A stretch of DNA of 64,000 bases. Origin: Antedon mediterranea. Lineage: Eukaryota; Animalia; Echinodermata. Shown piece by piece: positions 12,050 to 25,300 of this stretch. The stretch spans positions 8,595,888-8,659,887 of the forward strand of contig NC_092676.1 in NCBI RefSeq assembly GCF_964355755.1. The letters are read 5' to 3'. The notes under the pieces were generated by a model that did no database searches, was not told where the DNA came from, and saw only the letters and a program-made list of their open reading frames with translations. The translations under genes and the position numbers were made by a program. Positions within the stretch are counted from its first letter, which is position 1. Every line of letters begins with the position of its first letter.

Positions 12050-13712
12050 ATATTATTATTATATACAAACATTTTATTAATTTGGTGCTGATAAAAGTTG
12101 GCAATGCAATTTTGCAAAACATTATTTATTTTTCGATTTTTTGGAAGTGAATTTTGCAATGATGTCCCGCCTTACACAAAATAGCAACAATATGGATCCG
12201 TACTACATGTACACAAGTTCTGTATTAAACTAATTCATAACACTTCAACTGAATGTTTTCTTTTTCATCAATGTGACAAGCTCTCAGGTCAAGTTTTTTC
12301 AACAAAGCTTGGATTGGTACAATGTTTGTTGTTGGTATCAACAAAGAAACTTGCCCACTGACAGATATATCATTCTTCATTCAAGACAAATAACATGGGT
12401 GCAACAAGGATCAAATGTGCAGAGTGATTTCTTTAACATTTTTTTGTTAACTTTAAATAACTTTAATCAAATAGTTTAATGCAGAATCTTTGTATATATT
12501 TCAGGAAATGGTTAAATCAAAACGATTTTTAAATAAAATTATGAATGTTATTGTTGAAGGACTTATAATGGGTGATATGGGACTTCACTTGGAAACACTT
12601 GTGTTTCAGGAGTTCACTGAGATTTGCATATTATCAGTGGCACCTCTGCCAGTCATGAAACGGTTAATGGCATAATCCAGTATATGAACCATACTGCCAA
12701 CTTATGGCTCTAGCTAAAGGAATACATTATCAAGAAAGTTTTTGTTTGTATTGCTGAATATGGACATATATAATAGTGGAGAATTGATACAATACTGTGC
12801 CAAAGACAGTGGTGTAACACATGGGTAGTTGCATTGAACTGCTCATGCTCTGGGGCCTCTTGACCTCAAGGGTCACTAGGTTTGGCCAGTGAGCGCTCAT
12901 AGCTGTGTAAGAATATGTGACAAGAGCATTTGATCGAAGTGTAAAAGAAATCCAACATTCTAGGCTTGAATTATGTTTCTTATCACAAGTTAATTGACCA
13001 CATCGGATGGCACACCACTGCACTGACTTGTCAAATCCTGGACCATACTAAATTAGAAGAATTGTTAAAGACTCCAAAGATATACGTCTTTGTCATGCCA
13101 CAGGGAGTAGTAAATAATTAAGTTTGTTTTTGGCCACAACAAACCTAAACTTGGTCTGTTGCCTGTTTTGCATTAGCAGAACAGATTCAGCCCTTTGATC
13201 TTTCTGGACAGCATTTTTTTGTCTACAAAAATTGACATCCAACTCCTTTTCCCATCTCTTTTATCATACCACTATGTATGTTGATTTTGATGATTCTTTT
13301 TCACTTTCTTCTATACAGCACTGACAATGTACATTATTATATAGGTACAGATATTGGAAAGGCTGCATAACAATAACAAACAGTACTTGGCTATTTTTAT
13401 AGGGTATTTAAATATTTTGCCTGTAATGTTAAACTGTCAACAATTAGATACTCTAGATGTACAGCACATCATAATGTGAATGCTTGTAAGTGTAATGCCC
13501 ATTCACAATTTGGCTGACCCTTTCTAAGGCTGAATTACAAGAAAACTAATTGCTGGTCACATCCTCTGAATAGGATATGAAAACGGAATGGAGGGCATAG
13601 TTTGGCGGTTAATGGTTCAAGTCTGCTTGTTTGGTTTGTTTCCATCACCAAATTTTGGGTATATCTTCTGTCTTGCGTAAAGGAATTGCCACACCTTTGT
13701 CAAACCTGAGTT

Positions 13713-13938
13713 GCTATAGCCCAGTTGTTAAGGTACTTGACTATCAGACAGAAAGACATGGGTTACTTTTGTTTACTCCCAGTCCACTCAGGGTAGACTG
13801 GTTGATAAATACTATGGAGGATAATGAAATACTAGGGAGGATAAGGCCGCGTAGAAAGGAACTGGTCAGAGGTTAGTACAAAAGAGCTCCTAAGAGGTCA
13901 TTTTACTGGGACTCGCCATTAATATCTTTTACTTACCT
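13713..13938 (+). mobile_element. Degenerate tRNA-derived SINE
   Basis: A-box-like TAGCCCAGTTGTTAAGG, central AGTCCACTCAG...GGGAGGATAAGGCCG, TTTAC-type tail. Confidence 0.4.
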
Positions 13939-14754
13939 GACTATACTGTATTCAGACAACTGAATCTGTCTGTCGCGCTACACTATACACCTACAGTATG
14001 CTCCAAGTACCATACTAAAACCGCATTACTATACTGATATTCAAAATATTGTAAATTGGACAAATTTCTATTTACTTTTATATTTAATGTATTTAAGAAT
14101 ATAGTTGTTGGTTATGATAATCTTGTAAATTATTTAAGTATGTAATATGGTAATTGTACATAAAAATACTATAGAATTGACAGAACTTTGGTTGCAAGCA
14201 GATATCAATTATGTATTTAAGTGTAAATAGGTTTAACTTAATGTATAGTAATTATTTTACATTTGGTATATGTGTACATGTGTGCACTCTCGAAATGTTC
14301 AAAATTTGCGTTGGCTGCCTCTTGTTGTTTTTTACTTTGAGCATGGAGTAAAAATTATTATTACTGCCATGCTTTTAATAATTGTTTTAAAAGTCCACCA
14401 TGGCAAAACACAAAATAAAAATTAAAGCAATTCAAAATTATCATGAATTTTAAATTGAGATATAGGCATTAAATAAATGTTAAGTTCTTTTAATACTATG
14501 TACTGTACAGTATACATTAATTAGCACAGGGTATGCAGTTAATGCATCAAGCCTGTCCAGTTACATTACCTAAAAGAGGTGGACGAAAAAGGTGCATTTA
14601 AAACTTTATAACAAGATCAATTAGACAAACAATAGAAAGATTTTAAATATAAAATAAATGTATTGTTAATTGTATAAAGTTCATTTTGAAAGGTGCATGG
14701 AAATAAATTCGTACTGTCGCTAATCATTTTCGGAATTTCTTATAACAACTTTCA

Positions 14755-15365
14755 TATCACACTTTGTAATAATCATCGCACTTTGTAATACCCGCCACCG
14801 ACATTTCTTGTAACTATATATCGTCGCACTTTGTAATATCTGAGCTATCGCACATTGGGTAATAATTGTCAATCGCAATTTTTAAAGCTGGTGTCGGTGT
14901 TTTAATTACTGCTCTCGCACTCTGTAATTACAACACTCGCACGTTGTAATAACTGCTGTCGCACTTTGTAATAACTGTTGTCGCACTTTGTAATAACTTC
15001 TCTCGTACTTTGTAATAACTGCTCTCCCTTCTCGCACTTTGTAATAACTGCGATCGCACTCTGTAATAACTACACTGTCGCACTTTGTAATAACTGCTGT
15101 CTCATTTTATAATAAGTTCTCTCGCATTTTGTAATAACTGCTGTCGCACTTTGTAATAACTGCTCTCCCTTCACGCACATTGTAATAACTGCTCTCACAC
15201 TTTATAATAACTGTTCTCGCACTTTGTAATTAATACTCTTGCATTTTGTAATAACTGCTCTCGTACTTTCTATGAACTGCTCTCGCACTTTGTAATAACT
15301 ATTGTCGCACGTTGTAATAACTGCTCTCTGCTCTCGCACTTTGTAATAACTGCTGTTGCACTTCG
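14755..15365. repeat. Degenerate ~22-bp minisatellite (CGCACTTTGTAATAACTGCTGT)n
   Basis: Repeated GCACTTTGTAATAACTGC core, more than 20 copies. Confidence 0.85.
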
Positions 15366-16848
15366 CGACATAAAAGAAATAAAAATTACCAACGGTAACT
15401 GCAATAAACTATCTCAATCCAAATTCACTTTAAGTTACCATTTTAAGCAACTTTTAATAATCCACTTAAATGTTCTGGTTTAACAAGTTTTTACTGATCT
15501 GTTTATGTAATTTCTTACGTTTTACCAGCGTCTATTTTTTTAGTTGACGTTTTTTTAAAGCTAATGTTTGGTTTACAATTATTTTTTACTGATTGGATTT
15601 TCTTTATGTACTGTAGTCAATTCTTTATGTTTTACCCACTTCCTTTTTCTATTATTTGGGAGAGACTTTTTTTTTTTAGAATTTTGTTTTAGAATTGTTT
15701 ATTACTAATATGTTTGTGTTTCCTTAAGTTTTTCCGTTCCTGCATAAAGTCAAATTTGGATGGAAAATGTGAAATTGCCACCTGGAATTAATCTATACAC
15801 TGCCGACATAACGATCAAGGTAAGTGGCCCTTCATTTTAAAATTGGATGGTAGGCCTACCCCTGTCCTATGAAAAAAAGATTTGAGTGCTTGATTAAGTG
15901 GGAATCGGATTTTTGGAATGGAATTATAGTATACTGTATATAGTTTTTTAATGTGTCCTTATAAACGAATGATTCCCTATTAATTACGTCTAGCGTGTAT
16001 CGTTACTAAATTAATAAGGTAATATACCTCCATGATTATACAAACACTTTTCCATTCGCAATTCCAAACCCATCTTAGAAACGCACGAATGTTTATTTGC
16101 AAAATATGTATTGGATACTCATAATGATTATCATTAGTATTTATGTAGTTTTACAACATTAAGCCGTCGATTCATCATCTGTCATACAGTACAAAACATA
16201 GATGAAATAACTGTTTTAAGCATGTAGATAAAACTAACGCATTAGGCTGATTAGAACGGTGCCGGTAATGCAGTTTGGATTACACTAACCATGTAATGTT
16301 GACGTGAGTTTTTTTTTTTTCGGAAAGAAGAGATGGCATGTTAGAACAACATTTTTAGTAGGCCTTAGTGGTTCTATCGGTTCATTTAAAAACAGTTTAT
16401 ATTACAGTAACTACTTCTCCAGATAGACAACGTATCCCAGGATGCATTTACCTTTATTTATACCAATATGTGATAAAATCAGACCAAGAACGAGAAATCA
16501 GAATTAGAGATACAATGTTACTACTTAAATATGCAAATACTGATAAATTACTACAGTAATTAAATTGCTGATTATGCATAAACACAAGTTATAAACTTGA
16601 AACTACACTTAAAATTTCTTTTTTTTTAATTGTATGGTAAATGTTAATTTACCGTGTAGACCAACAACAGGCCTATATTATTTCATTACTTAAAATGACG
16701 ACTAGATATTATTCAAAAACCAATAGATGCACTAATTATATTTAAATAACATAGTATAAAACTACATCCAAATAACGAGAGGCAAGCCATGATTCAACAT
16801 TTCTATCTTTATTTGATCATCATTAGGAATTCCAAAGGCAGACAATTA

Positions 16849-16989
16849 AAACTACAGTACAGTCTATTCATACGTATGTAAATGAGATATAAACAAACTA
16901 CAGTACAGTCTATTCATACGTATGTAAATGAGATATAAACAAACTACAGTACAGTCTATTCATACGTATGTAAATGAGATATAAACAAA
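16849..16989. repeat. 46-bp tandem repeat x3
   Basis: ACTACAGTACAGTCTATTC... at 16851, 16897 and 16943. Confidence 0.95.
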
Positions 16990-17556
16990 TTGGCCATACA
17001 GGGTGTAGCAAAGAAAATCAAAACAGAAGACGGCAGACATACAAGTGAAATCAGATAAACAATTGTTATTCATTATATGCAGTAAATTAAATGTCGTAAC
17101 AAATTAAATTGGAAAGAGGATTGAGTTAATATAAAATATGTTGTTTTTTATGAGAGAGGAATTATAGTTTGTAATGTACTGCAATCGACATGTCGCCCTC
17201 TAAAAACAATTTTGTCTGTCGCTTTCAGTTAACAAAACAAATATACTGTAATTGTTTGGTTCCCACTAGAGGCAAAGAACGTTAGTTGACCAATCACGAT
17301 CGAGCGATGGATTATTGGAACTGTCCTATGTTCTTGTGTTGCGCACAAAATGAAGTTGTGTCGTTCATCATCCATATGATCCTTTAAAAAATACTCATTC
17401 ATAAGAGGGCAACAATTCATGTCCGTCAACTCATTCATCACATTCTTTCATTCATCTATCGATCTGAAAGTTATTCAACCTAATAGTCAAATTTGTACTT
17501 GTCCATCCAGACAACAACATACACTACTTTTCATCAGTCGGTCGGTCGGTTGATCG

Positions 17557-17720
17557 CTCAGTCAGTCAGTCAGTCAGTCAGTCAGTCAGTCAGTCAGTCA
17601 GTCAGTCAGTCAGTCAGTCAGTCAGTCAGTCAGTCAGTCAGTCAGTCAGTCAGTCAGTCAGTCAGTCAGTCAGTCAGTCAGTCAGTCAGTCAGTCAGTCA
17701 GTCAGTCAGTCAGTCAGTCA
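17557..17720. repeat. (CAGT)n microsatellite
   Basis: About 40 perfect units. Confidence 0.98.
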
Positions 17721-18439
17721 AATGGACTGACTGACTGTCAGTCCATTTATTGTTTAGTATTCTTTGTATAGCTATTCATTCCTGTGTATAACAAGTGTAC
17801 ATTTACGCACGTAACTATGCTTATATTTCCTAATGATAGTAGGTGCTAGTTTTCACAATAATTAATCTTACTTATTATAAAAGAAAACACAATTACAACC
17901 ACTCCGATATAATATATGGCAAAACAAAGTGATTGAGAACAGATTTCACTCCGGTTATGTGGCGTACAAAGCCTTCATTTATCATTGCGAATGAAATCAT
18001 AAGGAGGCATTTTATAGTCTTATTTACTTCAGTGGAACTGGAAAATATATCGATATAATATTAATAACACGCCCTAACAAATTTAATAGTATCCTCTTCG
18101 TTTGTCATGCATGTCGCTTATGTAGTCAGAATTCCTGGCTTTAAATAGGTTTCGATCTTAATCGTCTCGTTAGTGTAGAATTTGCAGAAAAGTAAATACT
18201 ATTTTAGATATATATATGGTACATAATATTTTGTACAGTTGATATGTTTCCAGCTAGAGATAATTCAGATATTTGATATATTTGTATAAATGATGTGTAG
18301 GGCCTATAATTATTGTTTAAAAATACAGTGTAAAGAATACTACAGATTATTAATCGTTATAATCGCGGTAATCATGGTAAACAACAGTAACAACATGTTA
18401 TTAATGTTTTTTAATCATCGCCTAGCACCGTAATCGGCC

Positions 18440-19970
18440 ATTGAAATTAAACTTTTTTATATCGTAGCATCTTAATCGGCATCATCGGAAAATCGGCAGC
18501 ATCGGTAGACCAGTAATCGACATTATCGGTAACATTGTAATCGGCATTATCGGTAATATCATAATCGCCATTAGCATCATGGCCATCAACGTGAAACTTC
18601 ATTATATCGTTGCCATCGGTAGCATCGTAGGCCATTATCGGTAGCATCGTATTTGGCATCATTGGTGGACTCGTAATCGACATTTTCGGTAACATCACCA
18701 TCGTAATCAGAATCGTCATTATTATATATCCATCAACAAGAAACTTCGTTATATCTTCGCAGTCGGTAGTAGCATCGTGGCATTATCGGTGGCATCATAA
18801 TCAGCATTAGCATCTCCATATCAACATGAAACGTTGTTATATCGTCGCCATCTGTAGCATCGTAGGCCATTATCGGTAGCATCGTATTTGGCATCATTGG
18901 TGGACTCGTAATCGGCATTTTCGGTAACATCTTAATCAGCATCGTCATTAGCATATCCATCAACAAGAAACTTCGTTATTTCCTCGCCGTCGGTAGTAAC
19001 ATCGTGGGCATTATCGGTGGCATCGTAATCGACATCATAGGTAGACTCTTAATCGGCATTATCGGTAACATCGTAATATATAATATATATCAATATGAAA
19101 CTTCGTTATATTGTAGCCATGGGTAGCATCGTAGGGCATTATTGGTAGCATCGTAATCGGCATAGTAATTTCTATCAACATGAAACTTCGTTATATGGTC
19201 ACCATCGGTAGTGGCATCGTAATCGGCATCATAGGTAAACTCGTAATCGGCATTATCGGTAACATTATAATATAACATTGTTATTAGCATACGAATCAAC
19301 ATGAAATTTTGTTATATTGTCGGTAGTATCGTAGGGTATTATCGGTAGCATCGTAATCAGCATTATCGGTAACATCATAATGCAGAATAGTCATTAGCAT
19401 GTCTATCAACATGAAACGTTGTTATATCGTCGCTATCGGTAGTAGCATCGTGATCATTATCGGTAGCATCGTAATCGGCATTATAGGTAGACTCGTATTC
19501 GGCATTATTGGTAACATCGTATCAGTATCGTCATAAGCATATCCATCAACAAGAGACTTCGTTATATCGTCGATATCGGTAGCATCGTAGGCTATTTTCG
19601 GTAGCATCGTATTCGGCATTATCGGTAACATCGTAATCGGCATTGTCATTAGCATATCCATCAACATAAAATGTCGTTATATCGTTGCCATTGGTAGTAG
19701 CATCGTGGGCATTATCGGTAAAATCTTAATCAGCATCGTCATTAGCATAGCTAGCCATCAGCATGAAACTTCGTTATATCGTCGCCATCGGTAGTAGCGT
19801 CGTAGTTATTGGTGGCAACGTTATCGGCATCATCGTAATCGGTATCATCGGTGGCATCGGAAATCTGTATCATCGTAATTTGTATCATCGGTGGCATCGT
19901 AATCATCACCATCGTCATCAGCATCAACGGCAGTATTATAATCGGCATTGCCATTATCGTAACATCAAAT
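18440..19970. repeat. Complex degenerate satellite built from ATCGGCATT/ATCGGTAGC/ATCGTA modules with a higher-order unit
   Basis: Recurring ATCGGCATTATCGGTAGCATCGTA and CATCAACATGAAACTTCGTTATATCG blocks. Confidence 0.8.
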
Positions 19971-20302
19971 GCTTAACATTATTATTTCACTTATTATCCA
20001 CAGATCGCTTTTATTTCTGACAAGATTTAATTCTTAACATTGTTATGAATTACAAGTCGTGATGTCAATAAGACGCAGGCCATAGAACATAAATTGTGTC
20101 ATTGTTATGTATTGGATAAAGTATCTCGCGGGAAACGAGTCTGAGTGTTATAACCATTAAACTAGATTACATGCATAGTCAACTGATATTATGCTCTCTC
20201 GTGTACCATCTCTCTTTCTTATCACTACAAAAAATATTTATTATTCAATAATGTATAGTGTTGGGATAGCATGCACTGCGCGGTAAAAATGTTAACCCTT
20301 AA

Positions 20303-20753
20303 AGGCCAATTTACACAAACGAGCGGTAACGGTAAGCGGTAAACGGTTACCGGAAAACAAAAATATATAATCTAGTGTTATTTCTTATGATCATTTACAC
20401 AAAACGCCGAGAGGAGGGTGCTTGAGCGAAAACTCACTCAGAGTAGATACCGTACTGTACAGGTCGGTCCAAGGCAATCTAACAGCAGGATGCTGAGCTC
20501 CGGAGATCAAAGGGTTTATCTGTGGCGACGACACGATCAGTTCCACGCCCCTTAATAAACAGGCAGAGAATATTATATTATAGTATTGTATAGTACTGTT
20601 GATATTTGTCGCAGCCAGACATAAGATCAAAGAACTGGTACGAGTTCCTATCTTGTCAAGGCGAGCTCAGTGTCCTGTTGTTAGATCGCTTTGCTTGTAC
20701 GTGGGACTACGCGCTTTTCCGCTTACCGTTACCGCTCGTCAGTCTAAATGTCC
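20303..20753. mobile_element. PIF/Harbinger-like MITE
   Basis: Inverted ends ...ACGAGCGGTAACGGTAAGCGG / CCGCTTACCGTTACCGCTCGT...; TAA on the left, right boundary approximate. Confidence 0.7.
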
Positions 20754-22353
20754 AATTTACCTTAAACGCTAGTTTGCTTTTGAAAGGTTTATCATAACAT
20801 TGTAATAAATATTCTATGTGGGCGTAATGTTCAAACAACACTACAATTATTTCTACTGTACTACCTATATCAATAAAGAACATTTATTTGGTAAAACGTT
20901 TCGGTTGGATGATTTTTAGCGGTTTAGTACGCGTGCGTGAAATACCACTAGGTTTTAGCTCAGATTTTGTTGTTGCATTTTATTCGGCATTCGCATATGT
21001 TGTTTTTGACAATGATAAGCAATTTATTTTATAAATCAAGACAATCTGGAACAGCACACTGCAAATATATTAATGCGTTCATATTATGTTCAACGTTCAT
21101 TAAACAAGATGAACGAGATATTTCGGGCATAACCTTTCTGATACGCCTGAAAGATAGGAGCCTAAAGATCTGTTTCATTTATTAATAAATTCTAATGGAA
21201 AAATGCATCCATTTCCGCGTTTGATTTATATATTGGCGAGATATAAGAAATAAATTGATAATGAATGCTGACGGTTGAAAGCAGATTTTGTTTCAGATTT
21301 AGTTTATTTAATTCAACAAATGTTTCAATCTAAATCTGCACAATTTACACGTCACGTGCGTGTTATTAAAACAGGCACCCAATTCTGCAGCTGTCACTAG
21401 GTGGATCTTAACTGACTATTGAAAGTCATCTAGATACGAGTCTTGGTGTACATCAATAAATATTCAAAACAACTGTTTACTCTTATGTATAACATTATTC
21501 CTTAGTTACTGAGGTTAGATAGAGGTGGGATGGGGAGGCGAATATGACTATAATTAATTCGAATCACAAATATAAGATATTCCAACTGCGTCACACAGTG
21601 AATTGTTCACTTCATTTTCCGAGAAATATTTTTCTGAGTAAAATAATGAATAATTTAGGGCTGAATTAAAATGCTTTGTATTCGAAGTTTAAAGCGGATT
21701 CTGATATAATGAAAATGATCGTTACAATTAATATTATGTTGTTAGGCCTATCAATAAAAGTGAAGTATTAGTGTTGTTACGGTAGCGAACAATAGGATTC
21801 AGTAACATCGTTTGGAATTAGATTGCTCATCTTGCATGAAAGATAATACATTATCTGACTTAAGATGACGCGATATGTTTTCTTTTTAAAATCTAAACCA
21901 TTTAAAGCCACTTAATGGCTCTATAACGGTCAATTACTATGTTGTTTATTCGATTACAAACTATATTGATATCTGGCGCATGTAACGTCAGCGTGATCTT
22001 ACAGTAGTAGCTCCCAGCAAACGGATTCAGTCAGCAATTTTAGGTGTTACAAGACACGGCAAAGCCTCGTGAAAGAAAAGCCGATGATTAACCAAAGTCA
22101 ACATGTGACTCAAAAGTAAAGCAGATATATTATTGGAATGAGTCTTATCAGAGAGTAATTTATGTCCTGTCTAAATTATCGACAGCATGTACGGTAGTTT
22201 GTTATCATAATCGGTAGCGTTCCTATCATCGATTTTGTAGACGTTTGTCCAAACAATGGAAATCGCATTCAACAACACTGATTTTTCACGAGCAAGCGGT
22301 TTTTATTTCGATTCCCGTAAATGGATATTGTAGGATGTAGTTCTAAGAAAACC

Positions 22354-25300
22354 ATGTCTCTTTCTATCTTTCTCTATCTTTCAACATTTCTTCCGCTGAG
22401 CCTCGGACAAGGTAAGCTTTCTGTGCATTGTATTTAGTTTTAAGATTAGCGCCGCAAAAGCCAAGTTGATATGTTTGGTAAATTTAACCTACGGGTTTCA
22501 GAGATGTATGGCACCACGTTAAAACATTATTTAAAACTTGAAGAAACATTACCCGCTTTAAGTTTATTCAGTACAGTGTGTTTTTTAGGTTTAAACTATG
22601 TATTGAATTCTTAAAGATGTGTGATTGTAACTTGTGTCCATAGTTCTTCAGTTATTTACCCGTTACGTGGTTCGTAGCCACAAAATGTTAGTTAACTCTA
22701 CCCATGGAACCAACTTAACCGGGTAAATAACAAAGTCTGAATGGGTCCTATGTTGCATCTCTTGGTATCCACTATAGGTTGTTGATTGATATCGGAATTT
22801 AATTAGGGCCTAGGGGTTATTCAAATCACCTAACCTAGATCACGGTTAAAAACTATAATTAATCGATAATGGTTTTAAAAAAGTGTACGGTAGCTATCAA
22901 TAATGATGTTTGTTTCTTATGTTATCATTTAGCCTATGCATTCAATAACTGAAAATACAAATGCATTGTATCTTGCCTTGTCACCTGTAATACTATTAGA
23001 GTATTTTATTTTGTTTACTACAAACTTCTTAGATGGATCACTAAGAACCGTGTTTGAATTTGAATTAACTGTACGTGAACCGACTATAGAAATACAACCC
23101 AATCTTTAATAGTCATGAGATTAAATATTGAATAAATATACAATTATAGAATTTACATTTTTACGCTTCTGTGTGAATGCTATTGAACGACAGTGAGTTT
23201 AACCTGGGTTCTATAACACTTGCATTCAATGATAAAATGCTTCTTTCAGATTTATGTGATATGATAAATTATAATTTTGAATAATAAATACAGTAAAATT
23301 GGTACACAAAACCAACTGATATCTCCTGGGAGAAACATAAGCTTGTCTTAATTGTAACACTGGAACATAGACGTATATTTCATTTAAAAGAATCGGTTTC
23401 ATATTATGTTACAGTACGTGTAAAGCTATATTCTATCGATTAAGAAATGCTTTTTGCAGTGTTTAATATTTACATTTTAATATTAATATTTGCAAATGTC
23501 GATTTGAAAAAAAAGTAAAAATGGTTGTAGGCCTACGTTCTGTAGCCTATATCATTTCGAAATTTTTATTTTACAATTTTTGTTTATCTTTTGTGGTTCA
23601 CCACCACCTTTATTTATTCAATGTTTCATTACATAATTTCTAAACATTTTCTACCTTTTGTCATTATTTACTGTTTTTCCTCATTAATATCATAATTGAC
23701 CTTTAGTATCGATATACCATTAGTAAACATTAGCATTCATTTAGTATTTTTGTTATCTGAATTACTAAACATTAATACAAAGTATTTACTTCTTAACATT
23801 CTTTTTTTTGAGTTAAATCTTCTATTTACAAAATCAATCGTATATTAATTAAAATTACAAACCTGTTTACACCTGTGCGTTTCTACTTCACTACATTCAA
23901 ATGCATTGTATGGTGTACAATGATAGTGGGCTTATTACAATTCAGTAGAAACCTTCCCATGACACTCATATATCCAGCAGGGGACATCCTGTTACAGGGA
24001 CACTTCCCATGAACCGAATATGATATAATATTCCGACTAACATAAATTAAAGTGACACTTTGTTTGGTTACGAAGGTGTCAAAATAATAGGTGTTTTAAC
24101 CGTGTTTCATAAATTGTAATAAAAACAACTTAAGACCGTAATTATTACTTATGCAAGTATTTTATGTACCGCATTACATGATGCTAAAAAATGAAAAGAT
24201 ATTTTATTCATTCAACTCCCTGCTAAACAGACTAGCCTGGGTGCAGTACAAATTTTGCGGGAAAAAAGTATAGGAAAATTGTTTTCTTTTTTTTCTGATA
24301 GAGTATACCATATAGAATGTCAGAAAAAAATCCCCATCCCAGGGTCTTGGGGAAAATTTTTTACGGCACTTTCAAATTTTGGCCTATATAACACACACAA
24401 ATGCCTATTAACACACACAAATACCTATATATAGGGGATATGGAAAACAAATTCACGTTTTTTTTACTTGGAGTTGTGTTATGATGATTAAAATTTGCTG
24501 AGGCTTACTTTAAAAACTACTTCTCATAGTAGTTGATAAATCGAGTCGATAACAATGACATCATCATGCCAGAATCCAATATGGCGTCCAATTTGGCGGA
24601 AAAAACAGGGTATTGCTAAACCCCCTCAAACCCCTGGAAACCTCCAAAAAAACATAGCAAACCCCACCGAACCAACATAAAAGTGATTGAATCATGTAGT
24701 GTACGATCCACTGGGTATATCCATGTAAAAAAATATTGAATTTCTACTGTTAACTACTTATTTTTGGGGTAAAACATCATTTTTTGGTAAAAAATGATTG
24801 CTAATTTTTAACCAAAAAATGATGTTTTACCCCAAAAATAAGTAGTTAACAGTAGAAATTTTTAATTTTTTTTACATGGACATACCTAGTGGGTCGTACA
24901 CTCCATGATTCAATCACTTTTATGTTGGTTCGGTGGGGTTTTCTATGTTGTTTTTTTTAGGTTTCCAGGGGTTTGAGGTGGTTTAGCAATACCCTGTTTT
25001 TCCCGCCAAATTGGGCGCCATATTGGATTCTGGCATGATGATGTCATCGTATCGACTTGATTCATCAACTACTATGAGAAGTAGTTATTAAAGTAAGCCT
25101 CTACTAATTTTAATCATTAAAACCCAACTGCAAGTAACAAAAACTGTTAATTGATTTTCCCTATCCCCTATATATAGGTATTTGTGTGTGTTAATAGGAA
25201 TTTGTGTGTGTTATAGGCCTATAGGCCAAAATTTAAAAGTGCCATAAAAAAATTTCCCCAAGACCTTGGGATGGGGATTTTTTTTCTGACATTCTATATG

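Noticed and set aside
15760-15825. Short ATG-started ORF ending in a perfect AAG|GTAAGT donor
   Set aside because: No partner exon or recognisable motif found; may be a non-coding exon or chance
17493-17771. (SQSV)n ORF
   Set aside because: CAGT microsatellite
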